Positions 63,912 through 64,000 of a stretch of 64,000 nt of DNA are shown here, one piece after another. This DNA is from Anthoceros angustus. Its lineage: Eukaryota > Plantae > Anthocerotophyta. Each line of letters starts with the position of its first letter. Position 1 is the first letter of the stretch. The notes beneath the pieces were generated by a model that did not search any database, was not told where the DNA came from, and saw nothing but the letters and a program-made list of their open reading frames with translations. A program made the position numbers and the translations under genes. The stretch lies in NCBI GenBank assembly GCA_010909165.1, contig MU008160.1, forward strand, positions 62,001-126,000, read 5' to 3'.

Positions 63912-64000
63912 GTCATTAAAGCTCAGGGATAACACCTTCACCCGGGTTTTAGCTAAGGGTCAACATCACGCGAACCCATCCCTTATCGTAGGTAACACGA

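Overview
Eukaryotic land-plant nuclear DNA. The short GT-AG introns, compact genes and tandem cupin expansion suggest a seed-free plant such as a hornwort (inference). The first ~50 kb is a tandem segmental duplication: ~1-16730 corresponds to ~19280-49850. Each copy holds nested, indel-riddled TE remnants (CACTA end, rearranged Ty1/copia) followed by a germin-like protein (GLP) array. Copy 2 alone carries an 11.6-kb TIR transposon (20761-32382) whose target duplication can be read against the empty site in copy 1. It encodes a Sola1-like DDD transposase on the + strand and, on the - strand, a frameshifted ParB-like + beta-class N4/N6 DNA methyltransferase cargo, which is the most notable system here. 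The right end is gene-dense and clean: RPL39 and a YqgF/RuvX gene head-to-head, a secreted 11S-globulin-like bicupin, and an intact GLP. All seven GLP copies that retain germin box 2 lack its His ligand (the eighth is truncated before it). Many frameshifts may be long-read consensus errors. All calls come from reading motifs by eye; no searches were run.
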